64,000 nt of DNA from Candidatus Kapaibacterium sp. (lineage in GTDB: Bacteria; Bacteroidota; Ignavibacteria; Kapaibacteriales; UBA2268), in contig OY762428.1 in the NCBI GenBank assembly GCA_963665665.1, forward strand, positions 4,864,001 to 4,928,000. The letters run 5' to 3'. Of this stretch, positions 20,159 through 30,899 are shown one piece after another (positions within the stretch are counted from its first letter, which is position 1; each line of letters starts with the position of its first letter). The translations under genes were made by a program, and so were the position numbers. The notes beneath the pieces were generated by a model. The model was not told the DNA's origin. It searched no databases and was given only the letters and a program-made list of their open reading frames with translations.

Positions 20159-22399
20159 CTACCTTCCCACAACCACGGGCACAGTCCTTGTTGTGCCGCC
20201 AAGCCGTATATTAATAAAATACACTCCTGATGAAACCGAAGAACAATCCCAGTTTATTTCGCCGCGATATACATTCATTTTGTTAATGCTTATATCGCCG
20301 GGCTTGCTAACCAGCTTACCTGTGTAGTCGTGCACTGTTATTGCAGCGTTTTGCATGTCGTACCTACTGTCCCAGTATATTTCCGTACTGACGTGGTTGT
20401 TTGCCGGCTGTGGATAAGGCGGATAGTTGTACATTTTTATACCTTCTGCCCGTGGTTCTTCTACCGGTGTATCTTTATGGAATGTGAATTTAAGTAAATG
20501 ATAACCATTAGCATAAGCATACATTGTATTGTCAAAAAAGCCGTTTATAATTCGAATATAGTAACCAGGAACGGAATCTTGTTTCCAATCATAGGGATTA
20601 TTTTCTAAATCTTCGCAGTATATTAAACAACTGTCTCCTCCTGCTATTATCCTGCTATCCCATTCAATAAAATTTTTATACCCGGATTCATTATCAAGTT
20701 TCAATAATTCATAAGTTCTTGTTTTTATATTAACTTTGTGTAGTGTATGTTTAGCATTTGGATTTTCATCAGGACACCATACATAGCCTCCAAGAAGAAT
20801 ATTATTCCCAAAAATATTAATGCAATTTATTGTAGTATCCATCATTTTCATACTGATAAGGGTATCCCATTTTGCTCCAGGTTCATCTGAATATAAAATC
20901 TGATATACATTGGTATCAGGCGGTGGCCCATTCATTTGCCTCCTGTCAATAGACAGGGCATAATATAAATCATCGTGCTTCAATATTTTAAATATATTGA
21001 CTGTATCAATTATTTCCTTACTAATGAAATTCAAATCAATATCCAGTGTAAACAAAAGTGTAAATAGCCAGGTTTGGCGCTTACCTGGGAAATATATTTT
21101 ATATTCGTCATTTATCCTGATAATTGGCGCTCCAAGATGGAAAGTATAGCTGCTAATTCCATCAATATATTTTGTTTTGTAAGTATCTCCTGCGTCATCA
21201 GTGTAAATTACATTTGGCAAACCTACTGCTGTACCACTTCCAACAAGCAGCCCTCTGCCGTCTTCATTGAAATATGATGTTGAATTTAATGGCCAGTTTG
21301 ATAAATTCTCATCCATTTTTATTTCAGTTTTCCAGGTAATCCCGCCATTAGTAGTTTTATAGACAACGCCTTTATCCATTTTCTGGTAGCCAATATTTTT
21401 ATCCACCCATTGAATTTCTGGCCAGGGTTTATAATATGATATAAAATCCCAATTAATACCACCGTCAGAAGATTTCAAAATTAAATTATCATATCCGTAT
21501 GCATAAATTTCCTGATCATTTACAAAATCAAATCCGACTGGAATTAAAATTTCACAATAACGTTTCAGGTCGGGATTGCTTATCTGTTCATAATCAGGAG
21601 CATTGTTTTTATAGAAATACAACTGATCATTTATTTCTCCAAAACCGCTCTGCTTCAATTGTAATGAATATATTTCATCTTCAATTACATTATATGAATT
21701 GCCAATAATATCCACTTTTGTAAAGGTAACAAAATCGGAACTTTTATAAAGATTGCCGGCAATCTTTAAATAGAAATAGTTCTCTGATTTTTCGAAGCTT
21801 TGTACTTTTCCGGTAGAATCACAATACGACTTTTCCAGAAAATCAATAATTTCCGGTTCGTTATCGATATTATTGTTGTATTTAAAAAGCAACCCGTTTT
21901 CAGTACCTGCTAATAAAAAATCCCCAAAAGTTTCAATTTCACTTATTACAATTCCGCTGTCATAATCTTTAGTATTTAACAAGTTAAAATTATTATCAAA
22001 AGCCAATATTGAATTTTCACAAACAACAATATATTCATCATTGAATTTTACTATATCAATAAATTCTTCATCGGGGGGATTATCTAATTGTTTCTTATAA
22101 ATAACATCACCTTCATCATCAAGACGGAATAATCCGCTTTCATACACCCCGTAAAATCCCCCTGTTTCGCTTCTCATCTTTTTAATATTAAAACCGTTTT
22201 CGGTAATTGTGATTGATTTCCATTCGGAATTATCATGATTGGACCTGTTTATATAATTATTTGTTCCGTATAAGAATACATATTTATCATTTGATGCAAT
22301 TCCCCGGTACTGATAAAATCTCAGGTCTATATAGTCAAATTTCAGCCCGGCATTGGCAGTATAAATAATTAATAAAAGTAACGGTAATATCTTTTTCAT
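20159..22399 (-). CDS. Secreted beta-propeller (Asp-box) protein with T9SS CTD
   Basis: Signal peptide, SSDGGINW/TTNGGITW, CTD PYPQPA...SSGVYFINI. Confidence 0.85.
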   Translation of the reverse strand: MKKILPLLLLIIYTANAGLKFDYIDLRFYQYRGIASNDKYVFLYGTNNYINRSNHDNSEWKSITITENGFNIKKMRSETGGFYGVYESGLFRLDDEGDVIYKKQLDNPPDEEFIDIVKFNDEYIVVCENSILAFDNNFNLLNTKDYDSGIVISEIETFGDFLLAGTENGLLFKYNNNIDNEPEIIDFLEKSYCDSTGKVQSFEKSENYFYLKIAGNLYKSSDFVTFTKVDIIGNSYNVIEDEIYSLQLKQSGFGEINDQLYFYKNNAPDYEQISNPDLKRYCEILIPVGFDFVNDQEIYAYGYDNLILKSSDGGINWDFISYYKPWPEIQWVDKNIGYQKMDKGVVYKTTNGGITWKTEIKMDENLSNWPLNSTSYFNEDGRGLLVGSGTAVGLPNVIYTDDAGDTYKTKYIDGISSYTFHLGAPIIRINDEYKIYFPGKRQTWLFTLLFTLDIDLNFISKEIIDTVNIFKILKHDDLYYALSIDRRQMNGPPPDTNVYQILYSDEPGAKWDTLISMKMMDTTINCINIFGNNILLGGYVWCPDENPNAKHTLHKVNIKTRTYELLKLDNESGYKNFIEWDSRIIAGGDSCLIYCEDLENNPYDWKQDSVPGYYIRIINGFFDNTMYAYANGYHLLKFTFHKDTPVEEPRAEGIKMYNYPPYPQPANNHVSTEIYWDSRYDMQNAAITVHDYTGKLVSKPGDISINKMNVYRGEINWDCSSVSSGVYFINIRLGGTTRTVPVVVGR

Positions 22400-22429
22400 T
22401 ACGTAACCTTTTTAATAAATAAGCAAATT

Positions 22430-22462
22430 ACTCATCCGATCACTTAAAGTGATCGGATGAGT
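22430..22462. terminator. Perfect 15-bp intercistronic hairpin
   Basis: actcatccgatcact-taa-agtgatcggatgagt. Confidence 0.7.
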
Positions 22463-22471
22463 TTAAATAAT

Positions 22472-23086
22472 CTAATCTATATCGCAAGATATCACAAAAC
22501 ATTCAGTCGTCCAGTCCTCATCAGGATCAAATTCTTCTTCATCAGAGAAATCAGGCATTTCTGCGGAACATGTTTCATTATCAATTGACTGAGAATTGAC
22601 TAATTCTCTGAATGTAACAACCGGGGATTGGGTATAATCAGTACATACTTTGTAGAACATCTGACATTCTCCGTCATAGCCGCAATTTAGTATATTACAA
22701 ATACCATTCGTATGGTCGTTTGTAACTTTCCAACATTTTGCCCTGCTCGTAATTACATTGTATGTCATTGCAGGACATTGCGGAAAACTATAATTTTCTT
22801 CCATATCATCAAGAATAGTTGAATTAATAAAACTCCAAAATTCTCCTGTAGTAATATCATTGACACAATCAATATCAATCAATATCCTGTCAATTCTTGT
22901 ATGATATACATTGTTTGGGTCCAGCATCACACATTAATAGATATCAACACGGCAATCTCCGTAATTAACCGAAACAAATTCAGCAACTTCCGGATAAGTA
23001 CAATCTGCCTCTGCTTCCTGAATAAGACTAAGAAACGAAATAAAAAGAACAGCGAATAAAACGATTAGATTTTTGCCTGTTTTCAT
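22472..23086 (-). pseudogene. Cys-rich exported protein interrupted by one in-frame TAA
   Basis: GGAG RBS, MKTGKNLIVLFAVLFISFLSLIQEAEA signal peptide, ...DCRVDIY*CVMLDPNN...; stop at 22934-22936, and the frame continues to 22472. Confidence 0.8.
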
Positions 23087-23428
23087 GGCAAACTCCTGCA
23101 AATTATTAATAAATTGTATTTATTAATAAACAATGATACGGCATTATTCCGTGCCTATTGTTCTTCTTCCATATTATGTTTTTTATTACCGATTTTACGC
23201 ATCAAAAGTTTCCTCTCACCCCATTTTGTCAAAATAAATGGCTTTCAGGGGAAGTATCAACACATTATTTATTTGCTGCACAAAGTAAAAAAAAAAAAAT
23301 GATATTTGCAAGTAAATATACAAAGAATATATATTCATAAAAACACAGCCCACCGTTTGCTTACAATCACTTCTTATTTACCATCATCATGCCTTGCAGG
23401 GCTATTGTATTTCCGGGTACAGCTGTAC

Positions 23429-24154
23429 TTATTTGCCGGATTTTCCTGCTATTTTGAATAGCTGCCTGGCATTTCTGTGGGCATGGCCGCCCATGCAGTT
23501 GTTGAATGCTATAAAACAATCATTTTCCTTGTTATTTTCTTTCAGCGCGGAGGCCATTTTTTCAAGGAAATCACCGGGGTATGGGCTTTTGTACCACTCT
23601 TCAAAGCCATGCAGGCGATAGTAATTAATATCAGAGGTTCGGATATCTGTCAATCTTTGCGCCGGGTGGTCTATATTGGCATAGCTCGTGTTGGTGGATT
23701 CAAGGATATTCAGAGTTTCTTCCCTGTACCAGTCCGGATTCCTTATCTCGATAATCAGTTTAGAGCCAATTCCGAAATCATCAATTACCTGCTTTAGCCT
23801 GTCGGTATAAAAAGGCATTTTCGGATGCATCTGCAGCAGGCATCCGGCAAGCTTTTCGCCAAGAAGGCCGGCTTTTTCGGCAAACTCCCTGCATTCGGCT
23901 CCGCAATCCTGCAGGTATTTTATATGGGTGATATAGCGCGGTACTTTCAGAGCCATTTTACCGCCTTCGGGTATTTTATTCCTCCAGTTCTCGAACGTAG
24001 ATTCCCGGAAGCGCCTGTAGAAAGTAGCATTCACTTCAACGAAACTCAACTTTTCGAAGTAATAATTAAGCCATTTGGCCTTGCCAAGCCTCTGCGGGTA
24101 ATAATCTCCTGCCCATTCGTCGTAGGTCCAGCCTGATGTACCTGTATATATCAT
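23429..24154 (-). CDS. DUF72 family protein
   Basis: IYTGTSGW, VEVNATFY, KVPRYITH, IEIR, YYRLHG, FNN. Confidence 0.92.
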   Translation of the reverse strand: MIYTGTSGWTYDEWAGDYYPQRLGKAKWLNYYFEKLSFVEVNATFYRRFRESTFENWRNKIPEGGKMALKVPRYITHIKYLQDCGAECREFAEKAGLLGEKLAGCLLQMHPKMPFYTDRLKQVIDDFGIGSKLIIEIRNPDWYREETLNILESTNTSYANIDHPAQRLTDIRTSDINYYRLHGFEEWYKSPYPGDFLEKMASALKENNKENDCFIAFNNCMGGHAHRNARQLFKIAGKSGK

Positions 24155-24245
24155 TTGTTTCCGTTATATTATTTCAAAATCAAATTTATCAAAAAAAATA
24201 ATTATATTAGCAAAGTCAAATTTTTAAAATGAAATTGAGGTAAAA

Positions 24246-24944
24246 ATGCTTAATCGTTTTTTCAGTATGAAGATTGTTACATTTATTATTCTTTTCTTCT
24301 GTTCTATAGCTATATTATCAGCACAGAAAGACAATGAATTGCAAACAAAACAAAACCAGTCCACAATCGCTCATTGCATAGGTGTTTCAGGAGGTGGAAA
24401 TATATCTGTAATATCCGAACCTGCATTCGGCCTTCCCAACCTTGATTTCATGCCTTCATGGCAGATAATGGCTTCTTACGAGTATAGAATTAACCAAAAT
24501 CCCAAAACAGGCAACAGGCAATTCGATTACGGATTCCGATTAGGAATAGGATATATTGGTAAAGGCCACGATATCGGCGATTACATAAAAACCGACGAAA
24601 CAGGGCAGGTAATAGGAGAAATGAATTCACAGGGAATGAAAAATTACCTGATTTTTCCGATTAATGCTTGTATTTATTATAAAATATTCTACCTGAAGGG
24701 CGGACTTTACGGGGCAAAACTGCTCGATGTTCAGATTACGACAGACGGCAAAACAGAAACATGGAACGAACATAGTTTCGAAACTTTTGACCTTGGAATA
24801 GACCTGGGAGCAGGAATTAATTTCAACATATTCAACAACCTGTCATTATCTTTTGGCTATACATTCCAGCAAACAATTATACACGAGGCCACTGATAAAA
24901 ATACATCCCACTTGCTGGATTTGGGTGTGTTTATCTCTTTGTAG
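24246..24944 (+). CDS. PorT-like outer-membrane beta-barrel protein
   Basis: Signal peptide, YLIFP, FDLGIDLGAG, terminal beta strand. Confidence 0.7.
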   Translation: MLNRFFSMKIVTFIILFFCSIAILSAQKDNELQTKQNQSTIAHCIGVSGGGNISVISEPAFGLPNLDFMPSWQIMASYEYRINQNPKTGNRQFDYGFRLGIGYIGKGHDIGDYIKTDETGQVIGEMNSQGMKNYLIFPINACIYYKIFYLKGGLYGAKLLDVQITTDGKTETWNEHSFETFDLGIDLGAGINFNIFNNLSLSFGYTFQQTIIHEATDKNTSHLLDLGVFISL

Positions 24945-25042
24945 CGCTTTTGCATATTTGAATTTATTACAAGCAAATGCTGATTATTATTCAAGAAATA
25001 ACGATAATAAATTAATTGAGCAGGATCATCAACGAATTTAAT

Positions 25043-25077
25043 AAAAAAATCCCCGGTTGAAAGCGCCGGGGATTTTT
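25043..25077. terminator. Bidirectional terminator
   Basis: aaaaaaatccccgg...ccggggattttt between convergent genes. Confidence 0.8.
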
Positions 25078-25097
25078 CAAAAATATTTCATCAAACA

Positions 25098-26297
25098 TTA
25101 TTTGTTCTTATAGCGGTCGTAGAATTCGGCAATCAGTTTGAATGCTTTTTCCAGTGTTTCTTCAGGGGGAAGAATTACTATTCTGAAGTGGTGTGAACCT
25201 GGTTTCTGTCCGAATCCAGCTCCGGGAACAGTTACAACTCCTGTTTCCTTGATTAGCTCGCCAACGAAATGGAAATCATCTTCAACGTCAATGCTCGGAA
25301 AAGCATAGAAAGCGCCTTCAGGTTTTACAAGAGAAATGCCCGGAATTGTATCAAGCATTTCCATGGCAATATTTCTGCGGCGCTCAAGTCTTGTTTTTGC
25401 CTCTGCAAGATGCGACTGGTCTCCTTCGAGGGCTGCTACTATAGCGTACTGCTCGGGATGGTTTGCACAGAGGCGGGAACGTAAAATTTTATTAACACCT
25501 TCCAGGAACGGAGCCATAATTTCCCTGCGTCCGCTTGCAACGCCCCAGCCAATCCTGAAACCGGGAACAACATAATTCTTGCTCATTCCCGAGAAAGTAA
25601 CACAGGAAACATCCTTATTGAGCGAAGCTATAGAAACTAATTCCTTTCCGTCCAGCAGAAGCTTGTCATAAATCTCATCAGCAAGGATCACAAGGTCGTG
25701 CTCCAAAGCGAGGTCAATTATCTTTAGAAGAGTTTCTTTTTTGCAAATAGAACCCGTGGGGTTATTAGGGTTAATAAGAACGATAGCTTTTGTTTTATCG
25801 TTAATTTTTGATTTAATATCTTCAACATCCGGCTGCCATCCGTTTTCCTCGTCAAGGTAGTAAGGATTGGGTTCAAGCTCCAGCTTGCTCTGAATAGCAG
25901 TGTATAGCGGGTAGCCCGGTGTGGGCATCAGGAAGTTTTCTCCGGCATTCAGAAGCGAAGTCAGGCATATTTCAATAGCTTCGCTTGCGCCTGTTGTAAT
26001 AAATATATCAAGAATATTATCAATGCCCTTGGCATTAGTATCTTTTTCAATGGCTTTTACTGCCTGGTTTATTCCCGAAGAAGGTGAATATCCATTATAG
26101 TTTGCCTTCATGGCCTTGTAAGTTGCTTCAATAACATTTGGCGGTGTAACCCAGTCATAAACATTGGGATCGCCAATATTCAGGTAAAGCATTTCCTTTC
26201 CTGTTTTAGCAGTTTGCTCAGCCATAACAACGATATCCCTGATCGCGTATTTAATATTTTCCGTCCTGCGTGCTGCCTGAATCATCTGGTTTGCCAT
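25098..26297 (-). CDS. PLP-dependent class I/II aminotransferase (AlaA-like)
   Basis: LNIGDP, INPNNPTG, ADEIYD, SGMSKNYVVPGFRIGW; GGAG RBS before MANQM. Confidence 0.9.
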   Translation of the reverse strand: MANQMIQAARRTENIKYAIRDIVVMAEQTAKTGKEMLYLNIGDPNVYDWVTPPNVIEATYKAMKANYNGYSPSSGINQAVKAIEKDTNAKGIDNILDIFITTGASEAIEICLTSLLNAGENFLMPTPGYPLYTAIQSKLELEPNPYYLDEENGWQPDVEDIKSKINDKTKAIVLINPNNPTGSICKKETLLKIIDLALEHDLVILADEIYDKLLLDGKELVSIASLNKDVSCVTFSGMSKNYVVPGFRIGWGVASGRREIMAPFLEGVNKILRSRLCANHPEQYAIVAALEGDQSHLAEAKTRLERRRNIAMEMLDTIPGISLVKPEGAFYAFPSIDVEDDFHFVGELIKETGVVTVPGAGFGQKPGSHHFRIVILPPEETLEKAFKLIAEFYDRYKNK

Positions 26298-26506
26298 CTT
26301 TATCTCTCCGAAATATATAACTATCGTCAATTAAAACAATTCAAGGTTAGCAACTTAGCCAAGAAGCCCGATTTTTAAAAGCAAATTTTTTGCAGGAATG
26401 AAAAAATGTGTGATTTTTTGATTTTATATTAGCACCCAAAAAAAAGTGCGTCTTTTTCCTTTCTTATGGGTATTATAGTCAAACAGTAGAAATAAATTTT
26501 TAGAAA

Positions 26507-27070
26507 ATGAACAGAGAACTGCAACATATCGATGAAAAAAACCTGGTAAGTCTTTTAATTGAAGAAAAAGGCAAATCCGACCGGGCATTTAACGAGATAT
26601 ATGAAAGATATAAAGCAGACGTATATAAATATTGCACTTACATGACTGATAACATCGACGAGGCAAACGATGTATTCCAGGAAACATTTATCAGGTTCTA
26701 TAATAATATTGACCTAAAAAAACTTGGCAAATCTGTTATTTCCTACCTGATAATAATTGCGAGGAGTATCTGCCTTAATCTGATTAGAAACAGAAAATCC
26801 ACTGTTGAGTTCTCCGAGACAACATTTTCTGTTGACGAAAGAAACCAATACGACAATAACGAGCTTTTCGAATTAATAATTCGATCCCTGGACCTGCTAA
26901 AACCTGAAAACCGTGAAGCTTTTATACTTAAAGAATTGCAGGGATTCAAATACAGGGAGATTGCAGATATCCTTGATATTAGCGAGTCTTCTGCCAAAAC
27001 AAAAGTAGCAAGGGCAAAAGTAAAAATAACGAAAATTCTTCAACCTTACATTAGTGAATTGAAACAATGA
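26507..27070 (+). CDS. ECF RNA polymerase sigma factor
   Basis: ANDVFQETFIRF, REAFILKELQGFKYREIADIL. Confidence 0.92.
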   Translation: MNRELQHIDEKNLVSLLIEEKGKSDRAFNEIYERYKADVYKYCTYMTDNIDEANDVFQETFIRFYNNIDLKKLGKSVISYLIIIARSICLNLIRNRKSTVEFSETTFSVDERNQYDNNELFELIIRSLDLLKPENREAFILKELQGFKYREIADILDISESSAKTKVARAKVKITKILQPYISELKQ

Positions 27071-28221
27071 ACGATTATGAAAAAATATATGATTACTTAG
27101 AAAGCTCCCTCGAACCTGAGGAAGAACAGCAGCTTTTTGCACGGATAAGCGCTGATTCCGAATTAAGAGATTTCTTTGGTAATACCATAAGAATCAATAC
27201 TTCCCTTAAGGAAAACGATCGTGAGATTCTTCCGCCGGATTCACTAAAAGGAACTATATTTTCCTCTCTCGGCCTTTCTGGAGACAACCCTGAAATGAAA
27301 GAAGCTCCCGTTAAATCCAAATTGTCGAAACGTTATTTACTCTGGCTGCTGCCGCTCCTATTAGCATCTATTTTTATCTATGATCATTATGAATCCAAAC
27401 TATCCGGCCTTGAGGGCCAGGTGCAAGCTTTGAATCAGAAGATTGAAGAAGGGATTAAACTGGCTGACAATACTCCCATGCAGGATAAGCAGACTGTAAA
27501 TAGTCAGGTTGCCATAAAGAAATCAATTCCACAAACAGATAACAAAGAAAAATATAATGCAGTGATAAACAAAAATGATTCATTCAATTCAATAAGAAGC
27601 GAGGGTTGTTTTATTAACCCGTCATCGGCAAAATTTTCATCAAAAATAATGAAGGTTAGTACCCCCGCTACTGATTTTCAAAATTATTATCAATCATATC
27701 CAATGATATCCAATTTATTGGCTCTCTCGGGACCTGATTCAACCGGGCCGTTTTCACTTGAGATAGGCGGAATTTTTGCCGGCGGAATTCAGAATTACAA
27801 TTTTGCCGCTAATGATTTCGGCCCACTGCATGACAATTTGATCGGTATTAATTACTCAATGGATGAGAATTGGAACTTTGGGCTCATATTCCGCAGAGAA
27901 GAATTCCTGCAGGAATTCACCGGACATGAAGCTGACAGTAATTTCAGATACAAGCAGGAGCAAACACTTACCAGCCTGGACTTTAGGGTATTGTATAAAA
28001 CCGCAGTCCTGCCTTATAGCGATTTTTACCTTGCAGGTTCCGGCGGAATAAACACTTCGGGTTTTGTATTCAGGGGTAGTTTCGGCCTAGACATTAAGGC
28101 TATGAACAATATTACATTCAGGTTAGGATATAATTATTCTCGCCTGTTCTTTAAATACCAGGGAAACAGTTTTCAGTCCGATAAATCAGGACTACAATAT
28201 AGTATATTATACAGATTCTAA
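27067..28221 (+). CDS. Putative anti-sigma factor with TM helix and C-terminal outer-membrane beta-barrel
   Basis: ATGA overlap with the sigma gene; IYDYLESSLEPEEEQQL N-domain, TM, linker, amphipathic strands ending ILYRF. Confidence 0.7.
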   Translation: MNDYEKIYDYLESSLEPEEEQQLFARISADSELRDFFGNTIRINTSLKENDREILPPDSLKGTIFSSLGLSGDNPEMKEAPVKSKLSKRYLLWLLPLLLASIFIYDHYESKLSGLEGQVQALNQKIEEGIKLADNTPMQDKQTVNSQVAIKKSIPQTDNKEKYNAVINKNDSFNSIRSEGCFINPSSAKFSSKIMKVSTPATDFQNYYQSYPMISNLLALSGPDSTGPFSLEIGGIFAGGIQNYNFAANDFGPLHDNLIGINYSMDENWNFGLIFRREEFLQEFTGHEADSNFRYKQEQTLTSLDFRVLYKTAVLPYSDFYLAGSGGINTSGFVFRGSFGLDIKAMNNITFRLGYNYSRLFFKYQGNSFQSDKSGLQYSILYRF

Positions 28222-28286
28222 TATCGCGATATATTTTCTTAGATCAATTATTAAATCAATTACTAAAAATGACAATGGAGAACACA

Positions 28287-29387
28287 ATGCGTAAATTTTT
28301 ATTTTTAGCTTTATTTACAGGAATGATTCTATCGTCATGCGATGATTCGGTTCCGCTGGAAAACAATCATCAGAAAGATCCTATAGTTGAAGAACCTGAT
28401 ATCATCCTTACAGAAGTTAATGGTGACGACAGGAATATTCTTACAATTTGCGAAGACGGCAGCAACAAGACAACCCTTATAGAAGGTGCTTCGATCATGT
28501 CAGCGCCTGTGGACGGTAAAATTGTTTACGTGAAGTATGATACTGACATCAATAGTGGCTGTAAAATTATTTATTCGGATATGGATGGCGAAAATTCAGT
28601 TGAACTTTTGTCTTATCCTGCATCAATGAAGAATGTCCATGCTAAATTATCTCCTCGGGGCGATAAAGTAGTTTACTGGCATGAAGCAGACCCGCTTTCT
28701 GAAATCGGGATGATAGATGTTGACGGAACAAACCAGATACACCTTGCTGATATGGGATATATTTATTGCAATCCACAATTCTCCCCCGACGGGAACCAGA
28801 TAGCATACTTTGATTCTGAATTCTGGGTATCAACCCAGAATCCTCGTAAGTTTGTAGATATTAAAATTATTAATACAAACGACGGCAGCAAATCCGGCAC
28901 CGACTATTCATGGATGAATTATCAGTTTCGCCCTGCGATTACTTTGTCCTGGAGTAGCGATAATTACCATCTTGTTACATCCGGCAGGTTCGGATCATCC
29001 GGTTCTGTTCAGGAAGTTACAATTCTTCAAAATGACAGTAGCGGATGGAATAATATAACAACCAACAATATGGATATATGTGAGTTAGGAACTTTGTGGT
29101 CTCCGGATAATGATAAGATTATCTGGGGCAACAATTTCGGCGACCTAAATGTCAACACTTTCTCCGGCCAAAATCAACTTGGGATTAATTCCGGAGATGG
29201 TGGCGTTCTTATACCACAGGCATGGAATGCCACAAGCACGAAGGTACTGTATCTTCAAACCATGTCAAATCACGATGATAATCCCTGGGATTATTTCGGA
29301 ATTCTGAAAATATTTGATATTAGCAATAATTCAAGCAGCAGTGTTATGGGGGATTACGGAACAGAATATGCATTCTGGATAGAATAA
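28287..29387 (+). CDS. TolB/PD40-like beta-propeller lipoprotein
   Basis: Lipobox LSSC; LSPRGDKV, FSPDGNQI, WSPDNDKI repeats. Confidence 0.8.
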   Translation: MRKFLFLALFTGMILSSCDDSVPLENNHQKDPIVEEPDIILTEVNGDDRNILTICEDGSNKTTLIEGASIMSAPVDGKIVYVKYDTDINSGCKIIYSDMDGENSVELLSYPASMKNVHAKLSPRGDKVVYWHEADPLSEIGMIDVDGTNQIHLADMGYIYCNPQFSPDGNQIAYFDSEFWVSTQNPRKFVDIKIINTNDGSKSGTDYSWMNYQFRPAITLSWSSDNYHLVTSGRFGSSGSVQEVTILQNDSSGWNNITTNNMDICELGTLWSPDNDKIIWGNNFGDLNVNTFSGQNQLGINSGDGGVLIPQAWNATSTKVLYLQTMSNHDDNPWDYFGILKIFDISNNSSSSVMGDYGTEYAFWIE

Positions 29388-29397
29388 TGCTTTAAAA

Positions 29398-29432
29398 AAC
29401 ACCTCCGATAACAGTAGGTCATCGGAGGTGTT
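29398..29432. terminator. Bidirectional terminator
   Basis: aacacctccgat...atcggaggtgtt. Confidence 0.75.
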
Positions 29433-29456
29433 ATAAATAATCCCAATTACAATTTT

Positions 29457-30731
29457 TTATTTATCAGCTTCACCCATTACCGGGTCGATTGAACCGATGG
29501 CAAGGATAACGTCGGCAATCATCGAGCCTTTTACCATTTCCGGCAGGCTTTGCAGGTTGGCTGCCGATGGTGAGCGTATTTTCATTTTCCAGGGGTGGCC
29601 GGAGCCGTCGGATACTATGAAAAAGCCAAGCTCTCCCTTGGGGGCTTCGATAGCAGTGTAGGTTTCGCCTTTTGGGGGCGGCGCTCCGAAATTGATAAGC
29701 ATGAAGTCAGAGATAAGCTCTTCCATCTTTGTATAAACTTCTTTCTTGCGGGGTAGGGCTGCTTTTGGAGATTTTGCAATTATATCGCCCTTTGGCATCT
29801 GATCCAGAACCTGGTAAATGATCTTCAGTGATTCATACATTTCCTTAATTCTAACCATGTAACGCGCCCAAACGTCTCCCTCGGGATATGTTATAACGTC
29901 GAAATCAAGTTTGTCGTAAACCAGGTATGGCTCATCACGTCTAAGGTCATGAGCAACTCCCGAACCGCGAAGGGTGGGGCCTGTAATACCAAGCTGAATT
30001 GCTTTCTCTGCGCTTAAAATACAATTTCCGGCAAGGCGGTCGATAAATATCCTGTTGCGGTGAACCAGTTTTTCGAAATAAGCCATTTCCCCGGGGAACT
30101 GATCGGCCCAGTCTCTTATCATACCAAGGGTGCGGTCGTCAATATCGTTCGATACTCCGCCAATCCGGGTATAGCTTGTTGTAAACCTTGCGCCGCAGAT
30201 AAGCTCAAATATATCGTAAAGTTTCTCTCTTTCGGTAAAAGTCCAGAGCAGTATTGTCAATGCCCCGGCATCCATACATGTGGAACCCATAGCCATCAGG
30301 TGAGAGGATATCCTGGCAAGCTCTGCCACGAGTACCCTTATCCATTTTGCTCTTTCGGGAATATCCAGCCCAATTGCCGTCTCAATAGCCTGTGCCACAG
30401 CAACGTTGTTCGATAGTGGCGACAAGTAGTCAAGCCTGTCTGTGTGCGGGATGAATTCATGGTATGTAACATTTTCGGCAAGTTTTTCAAAACCGCGATG
30501 CAGGTAGCCAAGTTCGGGTACACAGTTAATAACTGTTTCGCCGTCAAGCCTGAGAAGTACCCTTAGCACACCGTGCGTTGCCGGGTGCTGCGGCCCCATG
30601 TTAAGCACCATATCATTTTCAAGTGCATCGTCAAATATTAGTTCAGTATCTTTGTCAAGAAGTTCACGATAAATTTTTTCTTGTCTGATCTTGTTAATTT
30701 TATCAACTTCTGCGTTGGTTCTGACGTTCAT
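29457..30731 (-). CDS. nuoD: NADH-quinone oxidoreductase subunit D
   Basis: LNMGPQHPATHGVLR, GYLHRGFEK, DRLDY, EAPKGELG, GSIDPVMGEADK. Confidence 0.95.
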   Translation of the reverse strand: MNVRTNAEVDKINKIRQEKIYRELLDKDTELIFDDALENDMVLNMGPQHPATHGVLRVLLRLDGETVINCVPELGYLHRGFEKLAENVTYHEFIPHTDRLDYLSPLSNNVAVAQAIETAIGLDIPERAKWIRVLVAELARISSHLMAMGSTCMDAGALTILLWTFTEREKLYDIFELICGARFTTSYTRIGGVSNDIDDRTLGMIRDWADQFPGEMAYFEKLVHRNRIFIDRLAGNCILSAEKAIQLGITGPTLRGSGVAHDLRRDEPYLVYDKLDFDVITYPEGDVWARYMVRIKEMYESLKIIYQVLDQMPKGDIIAKSPKAALPRKKEVYTKMEELISDFMLINFGAPPPKGETYTAIEAPKGELGFFIVSDGSGHPWKMKIRSPSAANLQSLPEMVKGSMIADVILAIGSIDPVMGEADK

Positions 30732-30899
30732 AGTGACTCCGGAAGAGGTTCAGAATATCATTAATTCGGGTAAGCAAAACATATTGCCGAAAATTCCCCT
30801 TTCATATCCATTAAAATAAATAAGATTCATGGCAATAGCAAAAAATAAAAAGAAAAATGATATTTTGTAATATATTTTTTTTCAATACGGCTATAAGAT

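Noticed and set aside
22934-22936. Stop-codon reassignment or selenocysteine
   Set aside because: The codon is TAA, which terminates many genes in this window
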